Origin: Bilabrum cf. latius
Taxonomy: Eukaryota
DNA: 64,000 nt
Direction of reading: 5' to 3'
Assembly (NCBI GenBank): GCA_965178125.1
Contig: OZ237742.1
Span: forward strand, 434,001-498,000
Shown here: in pieces, positions 13,310 through 24,096 of the stretch
Layout of the letters: every line of letters begins with the position of its first letter
Numbering within the stretch: position 1 is the stretch's first letter
Program-made: the position numbers and the translations under genes
The notes under the pieces: generated by a model
Told to the model about the DNA's origin: nothing
Databases searched by the model: none
Seen by the model: the letters and a program-made list of their open reading frames with translations, nothing else

Positions 13310-13612
13310 GTCGCAAATTACTGTAGCTCTGTATGCAGCAAACAGGGCCAGGCACAGCAAACAGTTTTGTGCAACTCGGAATTCGTGCACTCAATCGTAA
13401 AATGCTTGTGAGGAGCCCACTCGAGATCATGGACATGCCCCCGCCACCCCATTGGATGCTATTTAGTAAGACAAATGGCCCATACTTGCGGCTATGGCAC
13501 TAGCGCTTGCCAAGTATCAAATACATCCGAGTCCAAGCTTCGCTTTTCGCAGCATCGCCAGACTTCGTCCTGGAAAAGCCGTTGCCACCAAGCGGCGTAG
13601 AGTACAAGTGTT

Positions 13613-14430
13613 ATGGCTAGACGCATAGCCTAGACCCTTCGATTCCGTCGCTACCAAGCGTAGGAAAGGAACAATTGGCTAGTGGCGGATCCTCGGCATC
13701 TGACATGTCTGCAGATGCACACAAGTGAGCGTGGACTCGAGATGTGCGAGAAGGAATGTCGAGTTTCCACCGTAGGTTTGGTACCATACTCTGTTTGTAT
13801 GATTGCAGGTTGCTCGATGAAGCACGAGCCGTTGTAGCCGGGGCTTTAAGGGAGGCCGGCAGGGCGGGCGACGAAGCCAAGGCTGTTCCACTCTCAAGGC
13901 ATCTGTTGCCGTCTGGACTAACGCCAAAGACCCAAGATGTTATACAAAAGAGGCTTGATAGGCTGTGCCTCCTCGTTGAGAATATTGAAAACTTGCTCGC
14001 GAGAGCCCGGCTGGAGCGAGCACGAGCCGACCTCGCCGCTGCCCCTCTGGATGCGAGCCAGACGCTCGGAGAGCTACTGCAGCAACTGCAGGGGTCTTTG
14101 GAAGCCATTCGTACCACTCAGGCCCCGGACGACGCATTGCATGCCACGGGCAGCAGCAGCAGCTGCAGCAAACCCTCTGGCCTGACATCCTCCGAGACAG
14201 GCTCCAGACCAGGCAGTGGTAGTGCTGCTGCCAGTGCCGAGGCAGCGGTCAGTGCGGAGAGGTCAGGCCTTGCAGCAGCGGGGTCCAAAAGGAACAGGCA
14301 AGGGCGTGCGGTAGACACCGAGGCATCAGCTGGTCAGGCGCAGCAGGGGGGCTCTGGGGAGAGGGGGTAGCTGGGCATGCAGGCTACTAGTAGTAGAGGT
14401 GCCGGTAGTTCCTCTGCTGGGTTCGTTTGA
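13613..14430 (+). CDS. Hypothetical protein; 5' exon structure unresolved
   Basis: ORF 13744-14370 looks coding (helical, then Ser/Ala-rich) and reads through TAG 14368 to TGA 14428. Candidate ATG 13613 and intron near 13725-13808 could not be phased with certainty. Confidence 0.45.
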
Positions 14431-14487
14431 TTGATGCAGAAGTATGGATGCAGTTCTCTTCACTACGTAGCCAACAAGAGCAGTTGT

Positions 14488-14703
14488 CACTGGCTCCGAA
14501 GAGAATCACGCATTGAACCTCCACTGGTACCCGCAGTCGTGGCAGGTCAAGAACGTCGTCACTGGCTCCGAAGAGAATCACGCATTGAACCTCCACTGGT
14601 ACCCGCAGTCGTGGCAGGTCAAGAACGTCGTCACTGGCTCCGAAGAGAATCACGCATTGAACCTCCACTGGTACCCGCAGTCGTGGCAGGTCAAGAACGT
14701 CGT
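14488..14703. repeat. Tandem repeat, 3 x 72 bp, covering the last TFIIS codons, the stop and adjacent 3' UTR
   Basis: Unit cactggctccgaagagaatcacgcattgaacctccactggtacccgcagtcgtggcaggtcaagaacgtcgt starts at 14488, 14560 and 14632. Confidence 0.95.
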
Positions 14704-15834
14704 CATCGGCTCGTCCGCTGACCTCGTCTGCTTGAGGTAGTTGGTCGTGTTCTTGGACTTGCACTGCGGGCACGGAAAGAGACTCTCTCTCTCCTTAATG
14801 CCTGCGGCCTTGAGGATCTCCTTGCGGTTGTCCCTTTCCCACGTCTGGTTCACCTCGGCGGCGGCTGCCTTCCTCTCGGCCTCCTGCCTCTGCTTGAAGT
14901 CGTCAGAGGCGAGCTCCTCCTGGGGGAGCCGGACCAGGCCCGAGAAATCGGTGGACCGGGAGTACACGTTCTGTGCTAGGTCCACGTTGTTCCCCACGGC
15001 GAACATGATCCTCCGGAATGACGCCGAGTAGTCCGGGGTGCTGCAGTTCGGCTCGTCGGAGGGGGGAGGGAACGCCTTGATCATGGCCTGCTCCAGCTCC
15101 GCTGCCCTGCTTATCGAGACTTTTTGAAGCTAATCATCGCTTGTACCTTTCAAAACGGGCTTCATTGCCTTTGCAAGGGATTTGCCGAGCAGCTCGACCA
15201 GCTTTCGCCTTTTGTCTGGCAGCGATGACAGGTCTGCAGCGGGCACCGAAGCAGCTGAAGCGGATGTCTTCGGTGCAGACGAGCCAGATGTACTTGCAGC
15301 ACTGCTTGGGCCACTTGGCGCTGTGCTACCTGCTCCAGACGCCGCAGGGGCTTTCGCTGCCTGCAGCTTGGCAACAGGAACTGGTCTCTTCTCGGCCTGG
15401 CCTGCCCTCTTCCTAATCTCTGCCTACCATACCTTTATGCACTCAAGACAAGCCTTCTTCAGAGATTCTTCTTTCGTTTTCTTTGACAATTTCGCCAGGA
15501 TGATCCCCATTTTGGTTGCCTGTGCACCTATATTGAGGGAAACGAAGGGTTGAAACAGGTTTCAGCCTCGTCTTGCTCGAATCACGTCTCGTTGGCAGCA
15601 TCTCACCTTGAGGATATCAATCGGTATGTATCGCAATTGCATGCCTTCGATCACACGTTCTGCCATTCTTTGATCCTGCGAAGGCAGCAAGCGATGCGAA
15701 GCGTCCAACGCGTGTTTTGCTCGTAAATTCGAATGCATGACCAACAGCCGATACCTCACATCGTCTGCGAGAGCTTTCTCTAGCTACTTCCTAAAGCTAA
15801 TAACTTCGCTTATTGTGGCTTCCGCTGCCGTCAT
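14650..15834 (-). CDS. TFIIS: Transcription elongation factor TFIIS; introns 15676-15759 and 15520-15606; 3 in-frame TAG
   Basis: C-terminal zinc ribbon CPQCKSKNTTNYLKQTRSADEPMTTFLTCHDCGYQW. N-terminal IDILK|ATKMG..KVW. GTGAG donors and CAG acceptors restore the frame; ends TGA. Confidence 0.92.
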
Positions 15835-15953
15835 CGCTTCGCACAAAATGCCAACCTGAGCGGCAATGCCGGTTGCAACCACTTCAAAATACCAAGATGA
15901 AGATTACGACACAAGCGTTCCGTTGCGCGCTCCATTCGGTGTGTTGGGGCAAA

Positions 15954-18153
15954 ATGGCCGCTGCTGACATGCTCAAGCTTGAGAGAGAGAAGTTTTCTCT
16001 GCTTAAAGAAGTGGCGGTGTGCTCAGATGCTTCTCGCGAGCTATAGGCCAAGCTCGAGCACCTGCGTGCGAGGAAAGAAGCCAAAGTGAAGGACATGGCC
16101 GAAGCCTCGGCAATGTTCTTGCATGGAAAAGACAAAGAAAAAGCGGAGCTCACAGTCAAGGATTCATAGGGGCGACTTGTAACGAAAACTGTCGTCGTTC
16201 AGCCCATGGGCCGACGAGACGCAGTGTCGCAGACTCGACGGCGAATCGCGAAGCAGGCCGATTAGTTGAGAAAAGAGTGCAGCGTCACGGAGACGAGGCA
16301 TAACAAGATACAAATGCGAATCAAGGCATTGAAGGAACAGATCAACTTAAACAGGCAGGAGGGTCAGATATTCGACAAGACGTTCGAGTCTGTGCATCAA
16401 GACCTGCTTCGTGTCAAGGAAGACATTGCCCTGCAAAAACGCCACATTTAGCACTGTTATGCCATGCGAGACGTCGCCAGGTAGGAAGGTAGGGCTGCCA
16501 TTGACCGCATGAAGGCAGATCGAGCGCACGCACTCATGCAGTTCGAGATGGGCGACCATGTCATAAAGGAAGCGAACGCGTCGGATGTGCAGGGCGCGGT
16601 AGGCGAGGACGGCGAGCTTTCTAAAGAGCAGGAGGAAATGCTTCGGTAGAGAATCAAGCAGTCCAACGCGCGAGCGCAGGCGGAAACGGTGAAGATTCAT
16701 CGAATGAAGCTGAAGCAGGCGGTATTCGAGGACGCCATCGAAGCCGTGCTAGAGCACACTGGATGCGCGACCGCGGACGATGTGGTGGTACAGCTGAACA
16801 AATTTGAGGAGGAAAAGTTCGAGCGGGCCGCGGCCGTGACTCGCACGATGGAAGAGATTGAAGCGGTGGAGAAGGAAGTGTCAGGGCTCAAGGACGAGTA
16901 CACGGCCAAGCAGCGTGCCCGTGATTCCGTCGTGCTGCAGAAGGCGAGAACAATGGAAGAGGCCAGCGCTGAAGTAGACAAGGTAACGAAGTAGCTCTAG
17001 TAGCAAGCAGAGCACAGGAGCAAGCTTCAGGCGAGCATCGAGGCAACCCTCGAGCAGGTGCGCAGCCTTTTCTCGGAAGCCGCGCCTGAGGCTGCTGCAG
17101 AGGCAGACGCGCTTGGTAGCAGCAGCAGCATCGACGCTATTGCCGCGTCTGCCTCTAGAGCATCCGTGTCCTCCCAATCGAATTCTGCCTCTGTGCAGAG
17201 GAAACGCTCCACCAAGAGGCGGAGGAGATCCTCTGTTGCGACCGTCTCCCACATCCAGCGAGGGGTGTCGATCGCCAGCCTGCCGAGCGTGAGTAGGGAA
17301 AGAACATGAAATCTCGCGCGTCCCATTACCCAAATGCATGCCTGTGGTGCTTGTGCAAAGCAGAGCGCTGCGTTGTGCGATGATTCCCTTGCTGCCGTGC
17401 CCGCTCACTTGGCTCGCACACTCGAGCTCGAGCCCCACCCTTTCCAATGCCCCGCTGTTCCCCTCATCCATTTCTCTTTATTGCAGTTCCTGGAAGCCAT
17501 TGAGGACGGGGTCAGTCGGTTGGTCCAAAAGTATGCCGTGGCTGCCTCGGACCCCTCGCAGATAGCAGCGGCTGCGGTCACCTCGAAGCCTCGGCTGGAG
17601 GCCTCTCCAATGCCCGGGAAGCTGGCCAGCTCGCGGTCAGCTCGATTCCTTCTGTCACCCGCGTCACCAGAAAAACCCAAGCCAGCGGTGCAGCTGGGTC
17701 CCTCGTGAGTTACAGCAAGTGAACTCCTCGCCGATAGCAGCCGACACTTGTCTCAGCACGGGCTGCACGCAGCTCTGGACTCGCAGCTCTCTCTCTTTCG
17801 GAGGCAATGCTTCCTCATGCGTGCTCTCTTCTGCTTCGATTCTCCGCAGTGTGCCCCGGGGTGCCCTGAGCCAGTCACTGACCTCCTCCGCTCTCATGGT
17901 GGCCATGCTGGACGTGGTGCAGTCCAAGACGGAGGAGGACGTGGACGAGCGGCCCCTCTCTCTGGATGAAATGAAGGCGGAGGCCGCCCGCACTCTCGAG
18001 TCGGGGGCTTTCAAGGCGGCGAGGAAGGCTTCGCAAGACACTGCTCGGCTGCTTGACTCCAAGCAGAGAGGCAGGGGGACAGGGATGTCCTCCACCACTC
18101 AGACTGGCAAGCACGGGTAGGGGATCTTGCAGGGTGTGGGATTCCAGGGCTGA
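15954..18153 (+). CDS. Coiled-coil protein similar to outer dynein arm docking complex subunits (ODA1/CCDC114/CCDC63-like); introns 17289-17486 and 17705-17849; ~10 in-frame TAG
   Basis: Continuous coiled-coil frame: IKALKEQINLNRQEGQIFDKTF, FEDAIEAVLEHTG..DDVVVQLNKFEEEKF, and K*L**QAE at 16989-17012. Ends TGA 18151. Confidence 0.65.
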
Positions 18154-18293
18154 TCGGCTGAGATCAAAACCAAGTGGACTGCTAGTTTGCCAAACGCACA
18201 TCAAATACGGATCCACCATCCTTTTTTCAACCAGACATGACAACACAACCAACGCGGCGGGCGATCCAACGGCGCCGCGTCCGTTCCTTCAAT

Positions 18294-19346
18294 TTAATCC
18301 AGCTGGATGCACTGCCTCGGCTGCAAGTCTCCAGTCGTCCACCCGAAGCTATCGAGCGCCACTATTTCCGCCCCCACGCTCAAGTCACCCTCCACTTCCG
18401 CCCTGGAGACTGCAGACAGCACGTCGTACAGCTCGCACGCAGTGGGCCGCCGCCACTGCGCGATCGTCGATTTCGGATCAACGCGCCAGTGCTCCGGACG
18501 CAGGGGTATCGAGAAGGACAGCGTCTTGCCAGTGAACGGGGTGTTCGCATCGTCCAGCCAGTGTGCAATCCGCACGCCTCTGCCCTCGTCACACTGCGAG
18601 CACTCGATCGTCACGAGGTTCACGTCGGGCTGCCGCTTTCTTGCGGAGAAGTCGCCGGCAAGGCTTCCCAGAACCATGTGCAGCTCTCCATTGTAAGCAC
18701 CCGCATGATTTCCTTCGAACTTGCTCGGCGCCCTGAATGTCCACCGCAACAGGTCTTCCGAGCCGCTGTGATCCAACCTGACATCCTTGTCGCGGCCAAT
18801 GATGTATCGACTGAGCATACCGCGCGTGTATGGTTCGTGCTGCACGCTATCAGCTCCTATCGAGTTGCCATTGTTTGCCACAGTCCAATTCTCAGCGGTT
18901 GCATCGAAGTCTGAAAAAGCGATCCTCCCGTGGTTTGGGGTAACCCAGACTGTCGCTTCATTGCTCTCGAAAAGGCCATCAGATAGAGAGTACGTAAACG
19001 TACTCCACATTCCCGATGGGCTTCGAACAGACTCGGTTGGAGGCACGTAAACAATGGCATTGTCTTTGCTTTCCAACAGCAAGGTCAGCTCATCCTCTCG
19101 GAGGACATCTCCTCGCTTTGGCTCATATCCGTACGTATCAAATAGACTGGACACGTAGTGCAGACTACCAAGGGCAGGCAGGCTCCTGATTCGGGCGCGG
19201 AGTCGAGCCCCTGTGTCTGGGTCTGAGGTTGGTAGCCTGATCAAAACCTCCCCATTTGGAGCAACGAATGCTGTCACATGCGGGGCAAGTGGTCTTTTAG
19301 AAAATACAGAGGCACTAAGCAGGACGATACCCATTAATATCGTCAT
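18294..19346 (-). CDS. Secreted protein with Ig/cadherin-like region and C-terminal laminin-B (domain IV)-like domain
   Basis: Signal peptide MTILMGIVLLSASVFS; TFTYSLSDGLFESNEATV; WTFRAPSKFEGNHAGAYNGELH. Ends TAA. Confidence 0.6.
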   Translation of the reverse strand: MTILMGIVLLSASVFSKRPLAPHVTAFVAPNGEVLIRLPTSDPDTGARLRARIRSLPALGSLHYVSSLFDTYGYEPKRGDVLREDELTLLLESKDNAIVYVPPTESVRSPSGMWSTFTYSLSDGLFESNEATVWVTPNHGRIAFSDFDATAENWTVANNGNSIGADSVQHEPYTRGMLSRYIIGRDKDVRLDHSGSEDLLRWTFRAPSKFEGNHAGAYNGELHMVLGSLAGDFSARKRQPDVNLVTIECSQCDEGRGVRIAHWLDDANTPFTGKTLSFSIPLRPEHWRVDPKSTIAQWRRPTACELYDVLSAVSRAEVEGDLSVGAEIVALDSFGWTTGDLQPRQCIQLD

Positions 19347-19469
19347 CTAGGAGCAATCTGCATATTAACGCACATGTCGGCGCCGCGCACTACATCAGCT
19401 CATGCGGAACCTTGAGAGATTCGGCGACAAAGCTAAGGCAACCTTGTGCTACACCACGGGCTGATCAGC

Positions 19470-22400
19470 ATGCCTGCAGTCAGCTCGAGAGGAAGAGGTA
19501 AAAAGAAGCTACTTTTAGCCCTGGTTGGCCTCCCAGCTCGAGGAAAAGTGAGTGCATGCTGTGATATTCTGGGATTTCATTCACGGTGCAGAGCAGTCCT
19601 CCTTAGTTCTCATGCCAGAGCCGCCGAGTCCCTTGATATTGCAGAGCTATATCGCAAACAAGCTTAAGAATTATATGAATTGGCGGGGGGTGCCAACACG
19701 CTTATTTAATGTCGGAAAGTATCGGCGAATGGCCGTAAAGGATACACAACAAGACGCCTCATTTTTCGATTCTTCGAACACTGGCAACAAAGGAAAGCGA
19801 GATCAAGTTGCAATGCTAGCATTAGACGAGTTGCTGAATTGGCTTAGTGAGCGATGGACGTAGTGTTTGCTGTTTGCGTCGAGACCCTTTCGTACACCAG
19901 TAGGCACACTCCAGCGTGCGGCCTTTTTCACTCGCAGGAGAAGGGGGAGAGGTTGGTATCTTCGACGCAACTAACTCAACTCGGGCTCGACGTGCCATGA
20001 TCTACATGCACGCGCATAGACAGTTTTCGCGGCGACAGCTGCAAGTGATCTTCGTTGAAAGCATGTGTTCCGACCCAAAAGTACTCGAAGAAAACTTGCG
20101 ATAGAAAGTCAGGCACAGCCCAGATTACAACGGAATGGATGAGGCTACAGCTCTCGAAGATTTACGCTCTCGCATTAGCAACTACGAGCGCGTATACGAG
20201 ACGGTGGACGAGCGCCTGGAGCCCGACGTTGCGTACATCAAGGTCATCGACCTGAGAGAGAAGATCGTCTGCTTTCGCATATCAGGGGCGAGAGCGCAGG
20301 CTATCGTGGCATTTCTGATGGCCGTGCATGTGGTGCACAGGCCCATATGGCTCGTGCGGGCCGGCCACTGCGTGGACACGCCCTTGGATGATGGAAAGGT
20401 GCTGGACGACACCAGGCCGGGAGACCCCGCCTGCCCTGTTGCTGCGGCGTCGCTGCCAAGCACGAATCCACCGTCGCTTCCTAGCCCTGCAGCAGAGCAA
20501 GCACGGGCTACCCAAGCGCGTGGCAGCTCGGCAGGCTCTTCCGCCAGTGCTGGCACGGGCTCTGGCCAGCCGCGCGGGCCAGGCAGCTCGGTGCACCTGC
20601 AGGCCCTCGAACAGGATCGAAGGGAAAGGCTGCTGGCACCGAGCCCCAGCATGTCACCGCACCTAGGCAGTTAGCATGTTGCCGGGTAGGAGCATTCGCT
20701 TCCTCCGATAGGCGCTGGTGAGCAGGGGACGGGGTCTCTTGGCCTTCTGCTGCCTGGTCCTGCCGTGGGCGGTGTTTTAGGGGGCAATGCAGAGACTGCA
20801 AGTGCAGCTGCTGGTAGTGCTGCAGCAGGCGTGGGATCTGTCTCTGATCTGACGGGCACGTTTCCCCACGCTCAGGCACAGCCGCTTCCCAAGGAGCCAT
20901 CCACGGCTGCGCTGCAGATCAGCCAGCTTGGTGGGGCCTTTGCAGAGGCCCTTGCAAGCCTTATCTACACGCGCTGCTTAGAGTTAGGATCGTCCAAGAA
21001 ATCGGCCGGCATGGCCCGCCAGTTGAGTGCGCAGTCTAGCGAAGGCGACGGAGCGAGTCGCGCGAGCGATTCGCTTTCTGCTGGTGTGATGTCACCTCCC
21101 CGGCGTGCAGCACCTGGCGCCTCCGACGATTCTGCCATTCTCACGCCCCAGGCATCTGGCCTCGCCACGCCAGGCACGCTAAAGCAGAAAGACCATGACG
21201 CAGCCGACCGAGATCGTCGTGATTCCGCAGGGTCGCGTTCGGACCCCGACGAGGACTCGCCTGGGATGTGGTACGGGAAGAACCCGAGCAAGTCTGCCTC
21301 GGGTGGAGTCTCAGCGACAGCTGCCAATGCACTGGCTCAGATCGAGGCAAAGAAGGCGCTGAGGGCAGCCGCTAAAAGCAAGGCTCGGGCGGCGGGCGAT
21401 GATGGTGCGGCCGAAGTTGAGTTCAAGCAGCTGACGGCGCTACTGCCCTCACGGATGCGGGCGCCCTCGGGCCAGTCGAGCAAGGCGGTACCGATGCAGC
21501 GCTCGACGAGTGCTCTCGAAGTGACTGGTCCGAGTGGAAGGGCGTCTCGCAGCGGATCTGTCAGCGCCTTAAGCGGACCTGGCCTGCTTCCAGCCGGCCC
21601 CCACTTGCCCATGTCTAGGAGCAAGTCGATCGCTGGGAAACGCACGGCTCTGATGGACCTTGCCGAGGAGTCTTCGCAGACCGGTGACGAAGCACCCGTA
21701 TCATCGCTGGCTGGCGGTGGCCGAGAGATCACTGCAGGCGCGCCAACAGCATCTACGTGGTTACCGAACGACCAGGAGCAAGTCGCGCCACCAGCATCTA
21801 TGTGGCTACCCAACGACCAGGAGCAAGTCGCGCTGCAAGGTGGTGCTCTAGCCAAAGACGGCACGAGTGCTGATGCCGCTGTAGCCCTTGGGAGATCAAT
21901 GCACGATGGGTAGCTACTGGACGCAGGAGCAGCTGTTTTCAAGTCGAGAGAGGACGAAGTACCGGGGCTTGACCTATTTAGCGGCGACCAGGATGATGGT
22001 GGTGAGGCTGCAAACGATGCAGATGGTGGGGCAGGCGAGGAAGAAGACGGCGAATTGGGTGAGGGTGAGGAAGAAGAGGAGGAGGATGGGGGCAACCGAG
22101 ACATGATCGTGCTGCCGGGCTGGCTCACAGATGAGGACTGGAGACAAGTGAGGAGCAGCTGCGTCCCGGCCGTGTATACCAGCACGCTTCCACGGACGAT
22201 CCAGACCGCAGCACCGGTCGGTGTCGACTCTGAGCAGCTGAGTGCCTTGCTCCCGATGCACACCGGCATCTTTGCAGGCCACCCGCTGCAGGCACTTCGC
22301 CGCGTTGCCCCCGAGGAGTATAGCCGCTGGAAGGACTCCCACGATCCAGTCCACCACAGGTTAACGGGAGGCGAGAGCATCTCTGACGTGGTGGTCCGTC

Positions 22401-23401
22401 TGTCTCCCATGGTGGTCGATCTAGAGAGGCAGAGGCAGCCAGTGCTCGTGGTGTCGCACCTGAGCACCATCCAGGTGCTGCTGGCATACTTCAGGGGAAT
22501 CCCCCTGAGAGAGTGCATATCGCTGTAGATTCCCGCGCACACAGTAATCGAGCTGCAGCCGTCGCAGTATGGCTGGAAAGAGACTCACATAAGCGTGCTT
22601 CCCATCGAGTCCACACAAGCACAGGGACCGGATACTGCGGCTGACACGAGCCGCTCAAGCCCTGTTGCTGGAGGTGATGATCTGGTGCAGGTGCCTGCGG
22701 ACGCAGCCGGGTCGCTTGCTTGGAGCAAGCGTGTAGCAGTTGGGACTCCCGAACAGCACGTCCGGTCGCTGGGGGTCGTGCCAGAGGTTGGGCTGACCAA
22801 ACCTGCAGCACATGCCGCTCCGACCGCCGAGGGAGAAGATCTGGACGGCGGTCCTTTGCTTTCTGATGCCGACATTGCTGCTGCCATAGCTGCACCAGGG
22901 GGCATGCCAGGTTCAAAAGCAGGTGCAGGTGCATCAGGGAGCGAAGCCAGAGACATCGCATCCAGAAGTCCGGCGGGCGGGCCGCAGTCAGCCCCCCTGA
23001 AGCCCATAGTCCTGAGGAGTGTGATAGTGCGAGACGGCGACTTGGCGCATTATGCAAAGAAAGGCAGCGCAGAGGAAGTGAACAAGGAGAGTGCCAAGGC
23101 TGGTGAGCGGGCGGGAGATCCTGCAGACGAGGCGTCGCATTCGGGGGGCTAGCCGGGAAACAGCGCGCCGGGGCACCGGGGTCATGCGCGTGGCGGCTCC
23201 AGGCACTTGGACGTGCAGGTGCACGAGGGGCTCAAGCGAGCCGCTTCGTTGCCAGCGGTCAAGGCAGCGCAGCAGCCTGGGCAGTCGGGCATGGTCGGCG
23301 AGGCTGTGATGCGGACGCCGCCTGCGGACGGCAGGACGTTGCCTGGCCTGCGGTTCCAGGCTCAGACCAGGTCTGTATTCCCCGTGAGCAAGATCGAATA
23401 A
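19470..23401 (+). CDS. 6-phosphofructo-2-kinase/fructose-2,6-bisphosphatase family protein with degenerate phosphatase domain and long inserts; introns 19548-19644 and 19847-19937; 5 in-frame TAG
   Basis: LVGLPARGK|SYIA, LFNVGKYRR, IFDATNSTRARR, NLR*KVRHSPDY, RISNYERVYE, YTSTLPRTIQTA, GGESISDV, VVSH..LLAYF. Ends TAA 23399. Start codon uncertain. Confidence 0.88.
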
Positions 23402-24096
23402 AGCAGGCAGGTTTCATCGAAATAAATTTTGCCAGAGCTTGACACCGCATCTGATTACGTGGTATGTGAGCTAGCCCGAAGTCAGTCCGTAGCGAAACGC
23501 TGTACCTTCATGGGGGCGTGAGGTCGGTCGCTGCAGCAGCTCGTCTCGCGGGCCGGCTGGTGCTGCAGGCCATCACGATGCCCGAGGCGAGGAAGTACGC
23601 CGGAGTAGGGGTACATCCGGCCCGGGGGCGCAGACTTCCGATAAACTTCCCCAGTGGTTACTACCCATCCCTGCATGCCCTTCTGGACGCGATGATGAGG
23701 TGGTCCGGGCTGATGCTGCACCACGCGGTTCGATTTCCGGAGGTGTCAAGGCCCTTCAATGTCAGCGCGCCGCGGCGCGGCGCCGCATGCCAGTGGTACC
23801 GCAAGTGCGTTCGCCGGCAACTCTTAGCAGCCGTTTTAATTTGAATCGTGGGAGCATATTGCTGTCGTTTTGTGGCTTCTGTGATTTCTGCGCTTGAGCT
23901 GGTTTTGGAGCGTGTTGCTGTTTGAAGCCATCGATCCTTCTGTTGCGTTGCGTTCGCTTGTCGAATTAGCCTGGACCATTTTGAAGACTGGTATCTGTTG
24001 GGATCTTGCGGAGAGGTTTCGATCTGTGACGCTATTTCATACATTCAAGTTCAAGTCGGCAGACATTGTCGATCGCCTGAATTGGTCAAAAGACTC

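Noticed and set aside
23440-24050. A minus-strand gene predicted by the alternating gene pattern
   Set aside because: All three minus frames hit TAA/TGA, and I found no recognisable motif or consistent splice model; left unannotated.
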